The translations under genes were made by a program, and so were the position numbers. Positions 1 through 8,356 of a DNA stretch of 24,000 bases are shown in pieces. The DNA is from Thaumarchaeota archaeon CSP1-1 (GTDB lineage Archaea > Thermoproteota > Nitrososphaeria > Nitrososphaerales > Nitrosopumilaceae), in assembly GCA_001443365.1 (NCBI GenBank), contig LDXL01000004.1:1-24000 (forward strand), read 5' to 3'. Numbering within the stretch: the stretch's first letter is position 1; every line of letters begins with the position of its first letter. The notes beneath the pieces are model-generated. The model made no database searches. It was given only the letters and a program-made list of their open reading frames with translations, and was not told where the DNA came from.

Positions 1-15
1 GGAGCATATGGTTCA

Positions 16-711
16 TTATTTGAGTATCTGTTTTGCAATGCTAATTATCTCGTCTCCGCTAAGGTCTTCTAGTCGCTTGTCTGACTCTATAACCTTTCCA
101 AACTGCTTTGCTATGTTCTGTAATTTTTTTCTCTTGTATGAAAATAGTTTGTTTACCATCTGAATTAGCTCCTTTGGAATAGTATTTTTTTGTGTTAATC
201 TCAGCACAACAGAGTCAACCTTTGGGGGTGGAGAAAAATTATTCTTGTTGACATTAATAATAGATTCAATGTCTGCTGCATGATTTACCAGTACAGATAC
301 TGCCTTTGAGTTTTTTTCTGCAATCTTTTCTGAAAACTCCTTTTGAACCATAACTACTGCCCGTCTAAATTTTTTCTGCACTAGCCACTCCATTGCGTCT
401 CTACTCTTAGAGTATGGAAGGTTTGATACAAAAATTGTAAACTTCTCTTCAGTCTTAAAGCCATCGCCGTGCAAAAGTGTCAGGTTTGTTATATCAGAAA
501 ATTTCTCCTTTGCTGTATTGTAGAGTTCTAAATCAGATTCTATTGAGATTACCTTACAAGCTTTTTCACACAATAACGGTACTAGTATGCCTTTTCCAGT
601 TCCAATCTCAAGCACTGTATCTTTTTTTGTTATTTCAGCTGCATCAACTATTTTTTTTGCAACAGATTGCGTAACTAAAAAGTGCTGGCCGAGTCGCTTT
701 CTTTTTATCAT
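16..711 (-). CDS. rsmA: 16S/18S rRNA (adenine-N6,N6)-dimethyltransferase KsgA/RsmA/Dim1
   Basis: 231 aa. N-terminal RLGQHFL, SAM-binding LEIGTGKGILV and an NLPY motif (FVSNLPYS). Last gene of the conserved archaeal L21e-RpoF-DUF655-KsgA cluster. Its ATG overlaps the upstream stop (ATGA at 708-711 on the minus strand). Confidence 0.9.
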   Translation of the reverse strand: MIKRKRLGQHFLVTQSVAKKIVDAAEITKKDTVLEIGTGKGILVPLLCEKACKVISIESDLELYNTAKEKFSDITNLTLLHGDGFKTEEKFTIFVSNLPYSKSRDAMEWLVQKKFRRAVVMVQKEFSEKIAEKNSKAVSVLVNHAADIESIINVNKNNFSPPPKVDSVVLRLTQKNTIPKELIQMVNKLFSYKRKKLQNIAKQFGKVIESDKRLEDLSGDEIISIAKQILK

Positions 712-1274
712 TTTTTAACGAAGAGGTTCATTCGAGCCTCTCCGGTTATCTCTTCCATTATTCTTTTAGCAATATGCTTTATTGGATCTTTTAGCCCAAC
801 TCTTCTCTGCAAGTCCTCAAAGCTTTCAAACTTGCGTTTCTCGCGCTCTTCTAGCATTATCTTCATGTACGTTTTCCCGATTCCAGGGATTAGCTCAAGT
901 GCATGTATTCGCGGAGTTAGCGGCTGGGAGTTGTTTAGATAGTCGATAAATCTTTTTTCGTTTTGTGTAACAATTTTTTGCACCACTCCAGAAATCTCAC
1001 TATGTGCAGTCTGGGAAATTTTTGCATATTCTAGCTTGCCTAGTACAGACTGGACCTTTGTTCGCCCTTGCTTTCCAATGTAGATTCGCTCTCCTACTTC
1101 AAACGTAGAATTTTCCACTCCAAGTACCTCAAGTAGAGTGAGTCTGTCTTCTCCTAGTGCAGTAAGAATAACTCCTTCACGTCCACGTACAGTAGATGAC
1201 TTGCCTCTCTCTACAAAGTCAAGCACGTAAGCGTACTCTTCGTATCTTCTTGGTTGGGTATATCCCCTATCCAA
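708..1274 (-). CDS. DUF655-family protein (predicted OB-fold plus helix-hairpin-helix nucleic-acid-binding protein)
   Basis: 188 aa. N-terminal EEYAYVLDF...RGK motif typical of DUF655, and a C-terminal HhH-like LELIPGIGKTYMKIM. Conserved position between rpoF and ksgA in archaea. Confidence 0.75.
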   Translation of the reverse strand: MDRGYTQPRRYEEYAYVLDFVERGKSSTVRGREGVILTALGEDRLTLLEVLGVENSTFEVGERIYIGKQGRTKVQSVLGKLEYAKISQTAHSEISGVVQKIVTQNEKRFIDYLNNSQPLTPRIHALELIPGIGKTYMKIMLEEREKRKFESFEDLQRRVGLKDPIKHIAKRIMEEITGEARMNLFVKK

Positions 1275-1291
1275 CTAAATCACCTAAAAAA

Positions 1292-1618
1292 TTACGCGTG
1301 CTCCTTGATAATCTTCAGCATTTTTTCTAGCGTTTCAGCTAAAATGAGTTTTTTCCAGCCAAATGTAAAGGAACGCAGCTCAGCTAGAGTAGTTGGTCTA
1401 ATGTTTACAATTTCTACTGCCTCTTCTTCTGTAATGTCGCACACTTTGACTAGCTCTTGTTTCATTTTCTTTGCAGCTTTTGGATCTATTTTTGCAAACT
1501 TTGAAACATAATCATAAGTCCAGCGTTGTATCTGGTCCATTTTTTCAAGATCATGTTCTTCTAAAATTTCTTTAACCTCAGAAATAGAGACTGCCTGTTT
1601 TTTCTTTACTTCTTCCAT
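1292..1618 (-). CDS. rpoF: DNA-directed RNA polymerase subunit Rpo4 (RpoF)
   Basis: 108 aa. The pattern ISEVKEILEE ... YDYVSKFAKIDPKAAKKMKQEL ... ITEEEAVEIVNIRPTTLAELR resembles archaeal RpoF. It starts 1 nt after the L21e stop, as in the conserved cluster. Confidence 0.75.
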   Translation of the reverse strand: MEEVKKKQAVSISEVKEILEEHDLEKMDQIQRWTYDYVSKFAKIDPKAAKKMKQELVKVCDITEEEAVEIVNIRPTTLAELRSFTFGWKKLILAETLEKMLKIIKEHA

Positions 1619-1619
1619 T

Positions 1620-1922
1620 CTACTTTACACCAAACGGTTTTACATGGTCTAATCTAGTGATTAAGGTTTTCGTCTTGTTTCCAAGCTTAATGTCCAATGT
1701 TACAGCTCTTCTTCCCACTTCTGTCACAACACCTACTTTCCCATGATATCTTCGATGTGGAAGTGACTTGTGTTGTCTTGGGTCTATAATGACTAGGGCT
1801 CGATCACCTACATTGTATTTCCTTAGCAAAAATGATACTCCTCTTGGAGCATCCTTTGTCATTACGGCTCTAGACTTGTGTCTAAATCCATAAGAGTGAC
1901 CAGATGGCTTTTTAGTAGTCAT
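1620..1922 (-). CDS. rpl21e: 50S ribosomal protein L21e
   Basis: 100 aa. N-terminal KKPSGHSYGFRHKSR and an SH3-like core (GDRALVIIDP ... YHGKVGVV) characteristic of eL21. Confidence 0.9.
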   Translation of the reverse strand: MTTKKPSGHSYGFRHKSRAVMTKDAPRGVSFLLRKYNVGDRALVIIDPRQHKSLPHRRYHGKVGVVTEVGRRAVTLDIKLGNKTKTLITRLDHVKPFGVK

Positions 1923-1956
1923 ATCTGACTAGCAGTCGGAGCCCTTAATTTAACAT

Positions 1957-2997
1957 TTACTCGATATTTTCAGAATCTATATCTTCAGTAGATACATCTG
2001 ATTTTTTTCCAGGTGCTTTCTTTTTCTTTGTACCATCTTCTGGATCAACTACTCCTGCTTCAGAGAGTGCAAAGATTACCTCATGCTCTGGATGGTGTGG
2101 GCTGTCAACCATTCTTGCAATTCTCTTTTTGCCAGATTTTTTAAAGTAAATTCTATAGGTGCTAGTGTGTGCTACAACATTTCCTCCAATGGGTCTAGTT
2201 GGGTCTCCAAAGAATACGTCAGGGGATGCCATAACTTGGTTTGTTGCAAGTGCAGCACAGTTGTATGTTTCAGCAATTCTTACTAGTAGATGAACAAAGT
2301 GATTTAGTTTTTGTTGACGTCCTGCCAGAGTTCCGCGTCCAAGATATTCTGCACGGAATAATCCTACTGCAGAGTCTGATATGATTAATTTAATATTATT
2401 TTCTTTAATTACTGCTCCGGCTTCCTCAAGTATTAGAATTTGGTGTGAGCTGTTGTATGCTCGTGCTACAATGATTTTTTCAAGTACTTGTTCAGGATTC
2501 ATCCCTTGAGCCTTTGCTATTGAGACAACTCTTTCTGGCCTAAATGTTCCTTCGGAGTCAATGTACAAGACTCCTCCGTCTAGTCCGCCTTCTTCTTTTG
2601 TTTTTTGAACCATTACACACATGGTATGACAGAACTGCGTTTTTCCACAGCCAAACTCGCCATAAACCTCAGTTAGTGCTTGTGTTTCTAGTCCCCCATC
2701 AAGTAATAGATCAAGGCACTCTGTACCAGTTGAGATTCTTCCTATCTCTTGTCGTCTCTTGTAAATTTCAGTAGCAGTAACAAACTCTTGCGCAATTAAT
2801 CCCTGCTCTACTAGCTGCAGTCTGGATTTGTTTACTATTTTTTCTGCAGTTTCCCTATCCATGCCAGTAAGCTCTGCAATCTCTACTGGACCGCGAACTA
2901 TTAGATCCATTATATTATGAACGCCTGCGTCTTCTAGTTTTTTAGTAGTAACAGGACCGACTCCTTCAAGGCTGTCTAATCGTAAATCTTCAACCAT
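1957..2997 (-). CDS. radA: DNA repair and recombination protein RadA (RecA/Rad51 family)
   Basis: 346 aa. N-terminal HhH (LEGVGPVTTKKLEDAGV), Walker A GEFGCGKTQ, Walker B LIISDS, and Rad51/RadA-like LYIDSEGTFRPER. It carries an extra charged C-terminal tail. Confidence 0.95.
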   Translation of the reverse strand: MVEDLRLDSLEGVGPVTTKKLEDAGVHNIMDLIVRGPVEIAELTGMDRETAEKIVNKSRLQLVEQGLIAQEFVTATEIYKRRQEIGRISTGTECLDLLLDGGLETQALTEVYGEFGCGKTQFCHTMCVMVQKTKEEGGLDGGVLYIDSEGTFRPERVVSIAKAQGMNPEQVLEKIIVARAYNSSHQILILEEAGAVIKENNIKLIISDSAVGLFRAEYLGRGTLAGRQQKLNHFVHLLVRIAETYNCAALATNQVMASPDVFFGDPTRPIGGNVVAHTSTYRIYFKKSGKKRIARMVDSPHHPEHEVIFALSEAGVVDPEDGTKKKKAPGKKSDVSTEDIDSENIE

Positions 2998-3188
2998 GTC
3001 CCTAGGGTAAGTATCATGATATCTTATAGTATTCTTTGTGATGATCGCTGACTATATGTGAAGAATTAATTGATGATATTGTAACTTTAAGACGGTATTA
3101 AGGCAAAATCCTATCAGCAAACGAGTTTATCGACAAAGCCCCCGCGTATGCACGAAAATTTCGCACTAACTAGCGTTATGATCAGGGT

Positions 3189-3800
3189 ATGATTTGTTGG
3201 AAATTTGTTAAGTATTACAAAGGCTTGTTTAAAACAATGAGAAAATCTACTGGTATCATTATAGGCTTTTTAGTAATCCTCATTATAATTTTATTAAGTA
3301 TTGGATTTGGTACAGCTGGTTTGCTACCCTCTATTTTGAATACGCATAAACAAATGATTGTAGATGCAACTATTGTGGTTCCCCCCATGCAATATGTTAT
3401 TTTTCCAATAGATCCTCATTCATCTTACAATAGTTGTAAAATTCAAGGAACATTTTCGGCTGGAGGTGGTAGTGATGACATAAGAGTATATGTTGTAGAC
3501 AAACAAGGTTTTGACGCTTTTAGGAGAGATGATAAATTTAACGCATATTTTTCTACACCACAACAAATAGGTGGTGATATTGCTGCAACAGTACCATGTG
3601 ATAGAACAATTTACTTAGTTTATGATAATTCATTCTCTCTTATCACAGGTAAAACAGTAACCACTAAAGTTGATTTTGAATTTGAACAAATTTTCCAAGA
3701 TCCAAATAAGTTATATTTAGACGATGACATTTTTCAGCCCTCAATTCCAGAAAAACCCGTTGGAGATCCTAATGATGGCTATTATGATCCTGGCGAATAA
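3189..3800 (+). CDS. hypothetical membrane-anchored protein with an extracytoplasmic beta-rich domain
   Basis: 203-aa ORF. An alternative and perhaps better start is the ATG at 3237 (MRKSTGIIIGFLVILIIILLSIGF, a basic N-terminus followed by one TM helix). I recognised no family. Confidence 0.55.
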   Translation: MICWKFVKYYKGLFKTMRKSTGIIIGFLVILIIILLSIGFGTAGLLPSILNTHKQMIVDATIVVPPMQYVIFPIDPHSSYNSCKIQGTFSAGGGSDDIRVYVVDKQGFDAFRRDDKFNAYFSTPQQIGGDIAATVPCDRTIYLVYDNSFSLITGKTVTTKVDFEFEQIFQDPNKLYLDDDIFQPSIPEKPVGDPNDGYYDPGE

Positions 3801-3936
3801 AGTAGAGGGGATTTTAAAAAACTAGTTTTAATGATTCTTTATGCAACTTGGTTCATCATATCCACTTAGCCATTTCTTCTCAAGGAAATATTTTTCAATT
3901 TAGAAACTTATAAGATAGGAAAATTAATCATGAAAA

Positions 3937-4353
3937 TTATCTCTGCTTTGCTCCAACACCATCTTTAATATTTATCTTGATTACCTTTCCCTGAGATTCT
4001 TCCGAGTCCACCTCAGGTGCCACATCTTCAGCTTCAGTAATTGTTAGATTTTCTTCAGGTACTTGAGAATTTATTTTTAATTCTACTAGTTCGTTTTTTA
4101 ATGCGCTCATTTCTTTCTTTAATGCATCAAGCTCTGCGTTTGTATCATCTATTTTTTTTTGTGCATCAGAATTTGAAATAAAATCTTGAGCCTCTTCTAA
4201 TGTAGGAACTATTGGGATGTCTTCTGGCAGAGTTTGAGAGTTTTCTATTGATGAAGGGTCGATTAAAACCTCGTCAGGCAATGATGCAATTCCAATAATG
4301 ACAGATAGCACTAGTACCGTTATACTTAACCCTATGACAGGGCGTCTTTTCAT
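3937..4353 (-). CDS. hypothetical signal-anchored coiled-coil protein
   Basis: 138 aa. N-terminal MKRRPVIGLSITVLVLSVIIGIA (TM or signal anchor) followed by a heptad-like segment AELDALKKEMSALKNELVELK. I recognised no family. Confidence 0.5.
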   Translation of the reverse strand: MKRRPVIGLSITVLVLSVIIGIASLPDEVLIDPSSIENSQTLPEDIPIVPTLEEAQDFISNSDAQKKIDDTNAELDALKKEMSALKNELVELKINSQVPEENLTITEAEDVAPEVDSEESQGKVIKINIKDGVGAKQR

Positions 4354-4534
4354 AATGATAAAATATATAATTTAACTTAGATACGAATGTGTTTAGTTTT
4401 TTTGAACAAACTATTCACAAACGCATTATTTGCAAATTGTAAAGTGATTTAACAAAATTGGTATCGAATCAATTCAGATTTTGTTCAAAGTTACTTTAAG
4501 ACTCAAGTTATTGGCATTATTCTAATCGATGAAT

Positions 4535-4717
4535 TTATCGTCTCTTTCGTCTCTGGCCTGGTTTGTTTTGTCCTGGGAATCTGTTTAAAACAAGTCTTTT
4601 TCTAAAGTTACTTTTGTGCTTTAGACCAGAGTTTGTGCCAATTTTTTTCCGTCCTTCTACCTTTGGTGTCTGACCTCTTACCTTTCCTGCCTTTGTAAGC
4701 GAGCCGTGGGTTGCCAT
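4535..4717 (-). CDS. rps30e: 30S ribosomal protein S30e
   Basis: 60 aa, very basic. HGSLTKAGKVRGQTPKV is the hallmark N-terminus of eS30. Confidence 0.85.
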   Translation of the reverse strand: MATHGSLTKAGKVRGQTPKVEGRKKIGTNSGLKHKSNFRKRLVLNRFPGQNKPGQRRKRR

Positions 4718-4760
4718 GATTAATCACTTGATAAAATTGAATTTATGCTTTTGTATTACT

Positions 4761-6488
4761 CTACCAGTACTTTACCTTAATTTTTTCAATCACTCGCTCG
4801 TGCTCTCCGCCTCTTTTTCTAGCATATCTTTCCATTGCTCCTAGTGGTACACCACCAAGTGACCTTGCTATGAGATTAAACATGCTCTTCATTACAGAGC
4901 CGTTTCTTGCAGTCTTTACCATGAACTTTTGAATTCCATACTTGAAGTTGTGTTGCCAAGTCTTGTACATGACACCTAACTGAGCAGGATCCATTTCATT
5001 TCCAATATTGAAAAATTCAGATTTCTCCAGCAATCCAATTGGTACAAAAGTAAGAGGAGTTGCAGTAAACATTGCATCTGGTTGCTCTCTTTCTAGCTCA
5101 CTGATTAGTTGTATAGTTTCCCAAGAGTCCTCTGGCGTTTCATCATTGTCTAGTCCCATGATTAATGTAAATGCAGGAACCCAATAGTTTTCATTTAGTG
5201 TTTTGACTGCCTCTTTGACTAGCCAGTGCCATTCCTCAGGCTTGTATGGGGCAAGTTTTCTGTCTGCATATTTTTCGATCAGTCTACGGCTGCCTGTCTC
5301 AAGGCCACACTGAACACCAATAAAGTTTCCAGGGCCTGCCTTGATTATTTTTGAGAGTTTTGGAAGCAGCTTTTCATCAGCAATTGCTCCTGCAAGTGTA
5401 CCATGTGTGGGATTTGTATGCTCTACACCTGTAGACATTATTGCAGTAAAGAGCTCTACTAGTGCCTCTCGGTTTGGCTCCATTTGTTTTGTTGTTCTAG
5501 GGTCCATTCCATAAACAAAAATATCATCACTTTGAATCCATGCAGATGTCTCTCCACCTTTTTTCAAGTTTACCTCAATTTCCTTTTTGACTTTCTCAGG
5601 AGAATAGTATCGCAATGATCGTAGTGTAACATCACAAAACTTGCATCCACGTCCGCATCCACGCATTACCTCAACCATTCCGTGCATGCTTGGCTCTACA
5701 ATTTCTGGAATGTCATCAAGATCTGGTCTGTCCCAGAAATTAACAAATCTTCCATGAATCGTTTTTTCACCGCGCTTGAACTCTTTGATGTCTACCTTAA
5801 AGTCACTTCTTTTTCTAAAGGGATCCATGTTTTCAAATTCTCCATTCATTAGATAATTAAAAAAGCGTCCAGCATGACCGTCTATTTCTGGTGCAATGCC
5901 GCCAAGCTCTCCTTCTAAAACTGCATACAGGCCATATTCTTCAATTTTTTCTGGATCATAGTTGTATTGCCATGTTCCTGAAGCGCCAGCAATTACCTTT
6001 GCATTGCTGTGATTTTTTTTCTTTGCAGCATTAATTTTTCTGTGAAGGTCTCTACAATAGTATTCGTCATAAGACATTTGCTTGCGTCCATAAGTAAATG
6101 TCATAGTAACTGGGCCCATGCCAAGTGGGTCCATCTCATATGTTCCAACAACTTGAGTTTCTGGACCAATGAATTTTTCAATGTGATCAGGATGAGCGAC
6201 AACTACCTCGTTTCGTTTAAAGCCGTCACGCAACAGACCTGCCTCGACTTTTCTTAACCCATATGGAGCATAGTTTGCAATTCCATTTGTGTGAGATGTA
6301 GTATTGCAGATAAAGTCAAACAAAATCTTTGGTGTAACTTGTTGTCCTAGGATTTTATACCAAAAGTCGCTTTTTGGTCTGTCAGGGTCAATGGCTGGCG
6401 CACAACCAAAAAATGTCGCAAGCGATATTCCACGATATGGAGACATTAATGTACGATCTGCAGTTAACACAATTTTTGGATTGCCCAT
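4761..6488 (-). CDS. radical SAM enzyme, large (575 aa), substrate unknown
   Basis: CxxxCxxC cluster motif in VMRGCGRGCKFCDV at about residue 285. It has a long N-terminal domain (KIVLTADRTLMSPYRG...) and a C-terminal extension. The subfamily cannot be assigned by eye. Confidence 0.8.
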   Translation of the reverse strand: MGNPKIVLTADRTLMSPYRGISLATFFGCAPAIDPDRPKSDFWYKILGQQVTPKILFDFICNTTSHTNGIANYAPYGLRKVEAGLLRDGFKRNEVVVAHPDHIEKFIGPETQVVGTYEMDPLGMGPVTMTFTYGRKQMSYDEYYCRDLHRKINAAKKKNHSNAKVIAGASGTWQYNYDPEKIEEYGLYAVLEGELGGIAPEIDGHAGRFFNYLMNGEFENMDPFRKRSDFKVDIKEFKRGEKTIHGRFVNFWDRPDLDDIPEIVEPSMHGMVEVMRGCGRGCKFCDVTLRSLRYYSPEKVKKEIEVNLKKGGETSAWIQSDDIFVYGMDPRTTKQMEPNREALVELFTAIMSTGVEHTNPTHGTLAGAIADEKLLPKLSKIIKAGPGNFIGVQCGLETGSRRLIEKYADRKLAPYKPEEWHWLVKEAVKTLNENYWVPAFTLIMGLDNDETPEDSWETIQLISELEREQPDAMFTATPLTFVPIGLLEKSEFFNIGNEMDPAQLGVMYKTWQHNFKYGIQKFMVKTARNGSVMKSMFNLIARSLGGVPLGAMERYARKRGGEHERVIEKIKVKYW

Positions 6489-6564
6489 CTTTTACCCTAG
6501 ACGAGCTTACTTTTCTAATTGATTTTAAACCTTCTGGGTATAGTTAAGGATGGTTCAGAGATAT

Positions 6565-7383
6565 CTAGTAGGCCTCTAAGATACCTGCCTTGTTTCGGTG
6601 TGTGTGACCAAATTCACTTTTTGAGAGTAAAGTCTTGCCATCAAATATTGTTCCATCCTTACACACTAGAAGGTCATTTACACAGCAACTGCCACAAATT
6701 CCTACTCCACACTTCATCATTCGCTCAAGGCTTGCTTCTACAAACATACCTTTGCTAGTTGCTATCGAAATAACCTTTGACATCATCAATTCTGGCCCGC
6801 AGGTATACACTGCATCAAATTTTGTGTCCTGACAGAGTTTATCCATTATATCAGTGACAAGCCCTTTTTGTCCATAGGTGCCGTCTTCTGTTGCAACTAT
6901 TACCTGGTGCTTGTTTTTATCAAGCAGCCTATTTGCATAGTCTTCAAAGAATACCTCATTTTTTGTTTTTGCCCCCATGATTAGAGTAACATCGTCTGTT
7001 GGTGTAAAAAATGTCAATAATCGCACTAGTGGAACAAGGCCTGTTCCACCTCCAACTAGCAAAAGCTTGCCTTTTTTGATAGTAAATGAATTGCCATATG
7101 GACCCCGTACACCAATTGATTCTCCAACTTTAACATTGTATAATGCAGTAGAAGATTGGCCATATTTTCGTATAGTAAATGCAGCTTTTCCCTTTTCTGG
7201 TGAAATCATTACACTCATTGGAAGCTCGTTTACACCTGGAACCCAGACCATTGCAAATTGGCCAGGCAAAACATCACACAGTACGTCATCAGAAAAAGTT
7301 AAAGTCCTAACTGTAGGTGTCTCGTCTGTAACTTTTTCAATTTTACAAATTGTTTGGCGATTAGAATTTCTTTGCACGACCAA
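6565..7383 (-). CDS. pyrK: dihydroorotate dehydrogenase (class 1B) electron-transfer subunit PyrK
   Basis: 272 aa. FAD/NAD-binding LLLVGGGTGLVPL and the C-terminal 2Fe-2S motif MKCGVGICGSCCV. There is no ATG near the N-terminus, so the start must be TTG (7383) or GTG (7377), which overlaps the pyrD 3' end. Confidence 0.85.
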   Translation of the reverse strand: MVVQRNSNRQTICKIEKVTDETPTVRTLTFSDDVLCDVLPGQFAMVWVPGVNELPMSVMISPEKGKAAFTIRKYGQSSTALYNVKVGESIGVRGPYGNSFTIKKGKLLLVGGGTGLVPLVRLLTFFTPTDDVTLIMGAKTKNEVFFEDYANRLLDKNKHQVIVATEDGTYGQKGLVTDIMDKLCQDTKFDAVYTCGPELMMSKVISIATSKGMFVEASLERMMKCGVGICGSCCVNDLLVCKDGTIFDGKTLLSKSEFGHTHRNKAGILEAY

Positions 7384-8287
7384 CCATGTCCTCTATTTTG
7401 GAAAATCCCTTTTTTTCCATGTACTGGAGTATTCCTTTGTTAATGTCATCAAAAACTGAAATCCAATTGTCCCCAACTGCACTGCCAATCTGAACTGCCG
7501 ATGCTCCTGCAAGAATAAATTCCACTGCGTCATCCCAGCTAGAGATTCCGCCACAACCAATTATTGGGATATCATATTGTGATGAGATTTCATATACGCA
7601 TCGCACCGCAACTGGTTTAATTGGAGTGCCAGACAAGCCGCCTATTTTGTTGCTAAGTATTGGTCGCTCTGTTTCAACATCTATTGCCATAGCACGCAAT
7701 GTGTTAATGGCAGTAATTGCATCAATTCCTGCCTTACATGCAGCATCAACTGTATCTAGATAGTTAGTTGTACCAAGGCCAACCTTTGCAATTACAGGAA
7801 CATCAGTTTTTGATTTTACAGTTTTTACAATTTTTTTAACCAGGTCTGGGTCGTCCCCTACTTCTAGTCCAACTTTAGCTACATGTGGGCATGACAGGTT
7901 TAGCTCAAAGGCTAGAACCTTAATGTCTTCAAATTGTTTTATCATAAATTCAAAGTCTTTTGGTATAGAACCAACAAGAGATACAATGATTGGTACATCC
8001 TTGTTAGATGAAATCATTTTTGCAAAGTTTGGAGCACCAGGGTTTGATAGACCAACTGCATTTATCCATCCGCCTCCCTTTACACCAAATATTGTTGGAT
8101 TTGGATATCCATCCCATGGCTCTTTACTAAGTGACTTGCTCACAACAGCTCCTGCCCCTGCCTGATAAATTCGATTAAAAACTTCTAGTGAGATTCCTAA
8201 AATCCCAGACGCTAAAATTGTCGGTCTTGCCAGCTTTATAGAGCCAATAGATGTGAAAAGGCTTGGATTCACTTTGATTCCTAGCAA
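7361..8287 (-). CDS. pyrD: dihydroorotate dehydrogenase catalytic subunit PyrD (class 1B)
   Basis: 308 aa. Motifs PTILASG, NLSCPH and GCGGISSWDDAVEFILAGASAVQIGSA. There is no N-terminal ATG; candidate starts are TTG 8287 or GTG 8272. Confidence 0.9.
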   Translation of the reverse strand: MLGIKVNPSLFTSIGSIKLARPTILASGILGISLEVFNRIYQAGAGAVVSKSLSKEPWDGYPNPTIFGVKGGGWINAVGLSNPGAPNFAKMISSNKDVPIIVSLVGSIPKDFEFMIKQFEDIKVLAFELNLSCPHVAKVGLEVGDDPDLVKKIVKTVKSKTDVPVIAKVGLGTTNYLDTVDAACKAGIDAITAINTLRAMAIDVETERPILSNKIGGLSGTPIKPVAVRCVYEISSQYDIPIIGCGGISSWDDAVEFILAGASAVQIGSAVGDNWISVFDDINKGILQYMEKKGFSKIEDMVGRAKKF

Positions 8288-8356
8288 ACCGTTCTCATAT
8301 AACAGTTAATTTCTATTTGGTACGTTTTTTAATGGCTCTTAGAGGATTATTTAATT

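Noticed and set aside
477-2774. Plus-strand ORFs 477-674, 682-942, 1254-1511, 2083-2286 and 2544-2774
   Set aside because: All are antisense to strongly supported minus-strand genes (ksgA, DUF655, rpoF, radA). Their products are Leu/Phe/Ser/Cys-rich low-complexity sequences with no recognisable motifs.
3036-3100. Possible C/D box sRNA, with GTGATGA at 3038-3044, CTGA at 3048-3051 and TGATGA near 3080. I looked for one because Nop5 and fibrillarin are encoded in this window.
   Set aside because: The box spacing is wrong. The C box and CTGA are only 3 nt apart instead of the guide length of about 12 nt, and there is no terminal D box (CTGA) about 12 nt after the second TGATGA. The minus strand also lacks a C...D arrangement. 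A similar ATGATGA on the minus strand near 3855-3865 also lacks a D box.
6977-7459. 160-aa plus-strand ORF, the longest unassigned ORF in the track
   Set aside because: It lies entirely antisense to pyrK and the pyrD 3' end, both of which have unmistakable conserved motifs. Its translation is compositionally odd (Ser/Thr/Val/Phe-rich with no motifs), as expected for a shadow ORF opposite a real gene.
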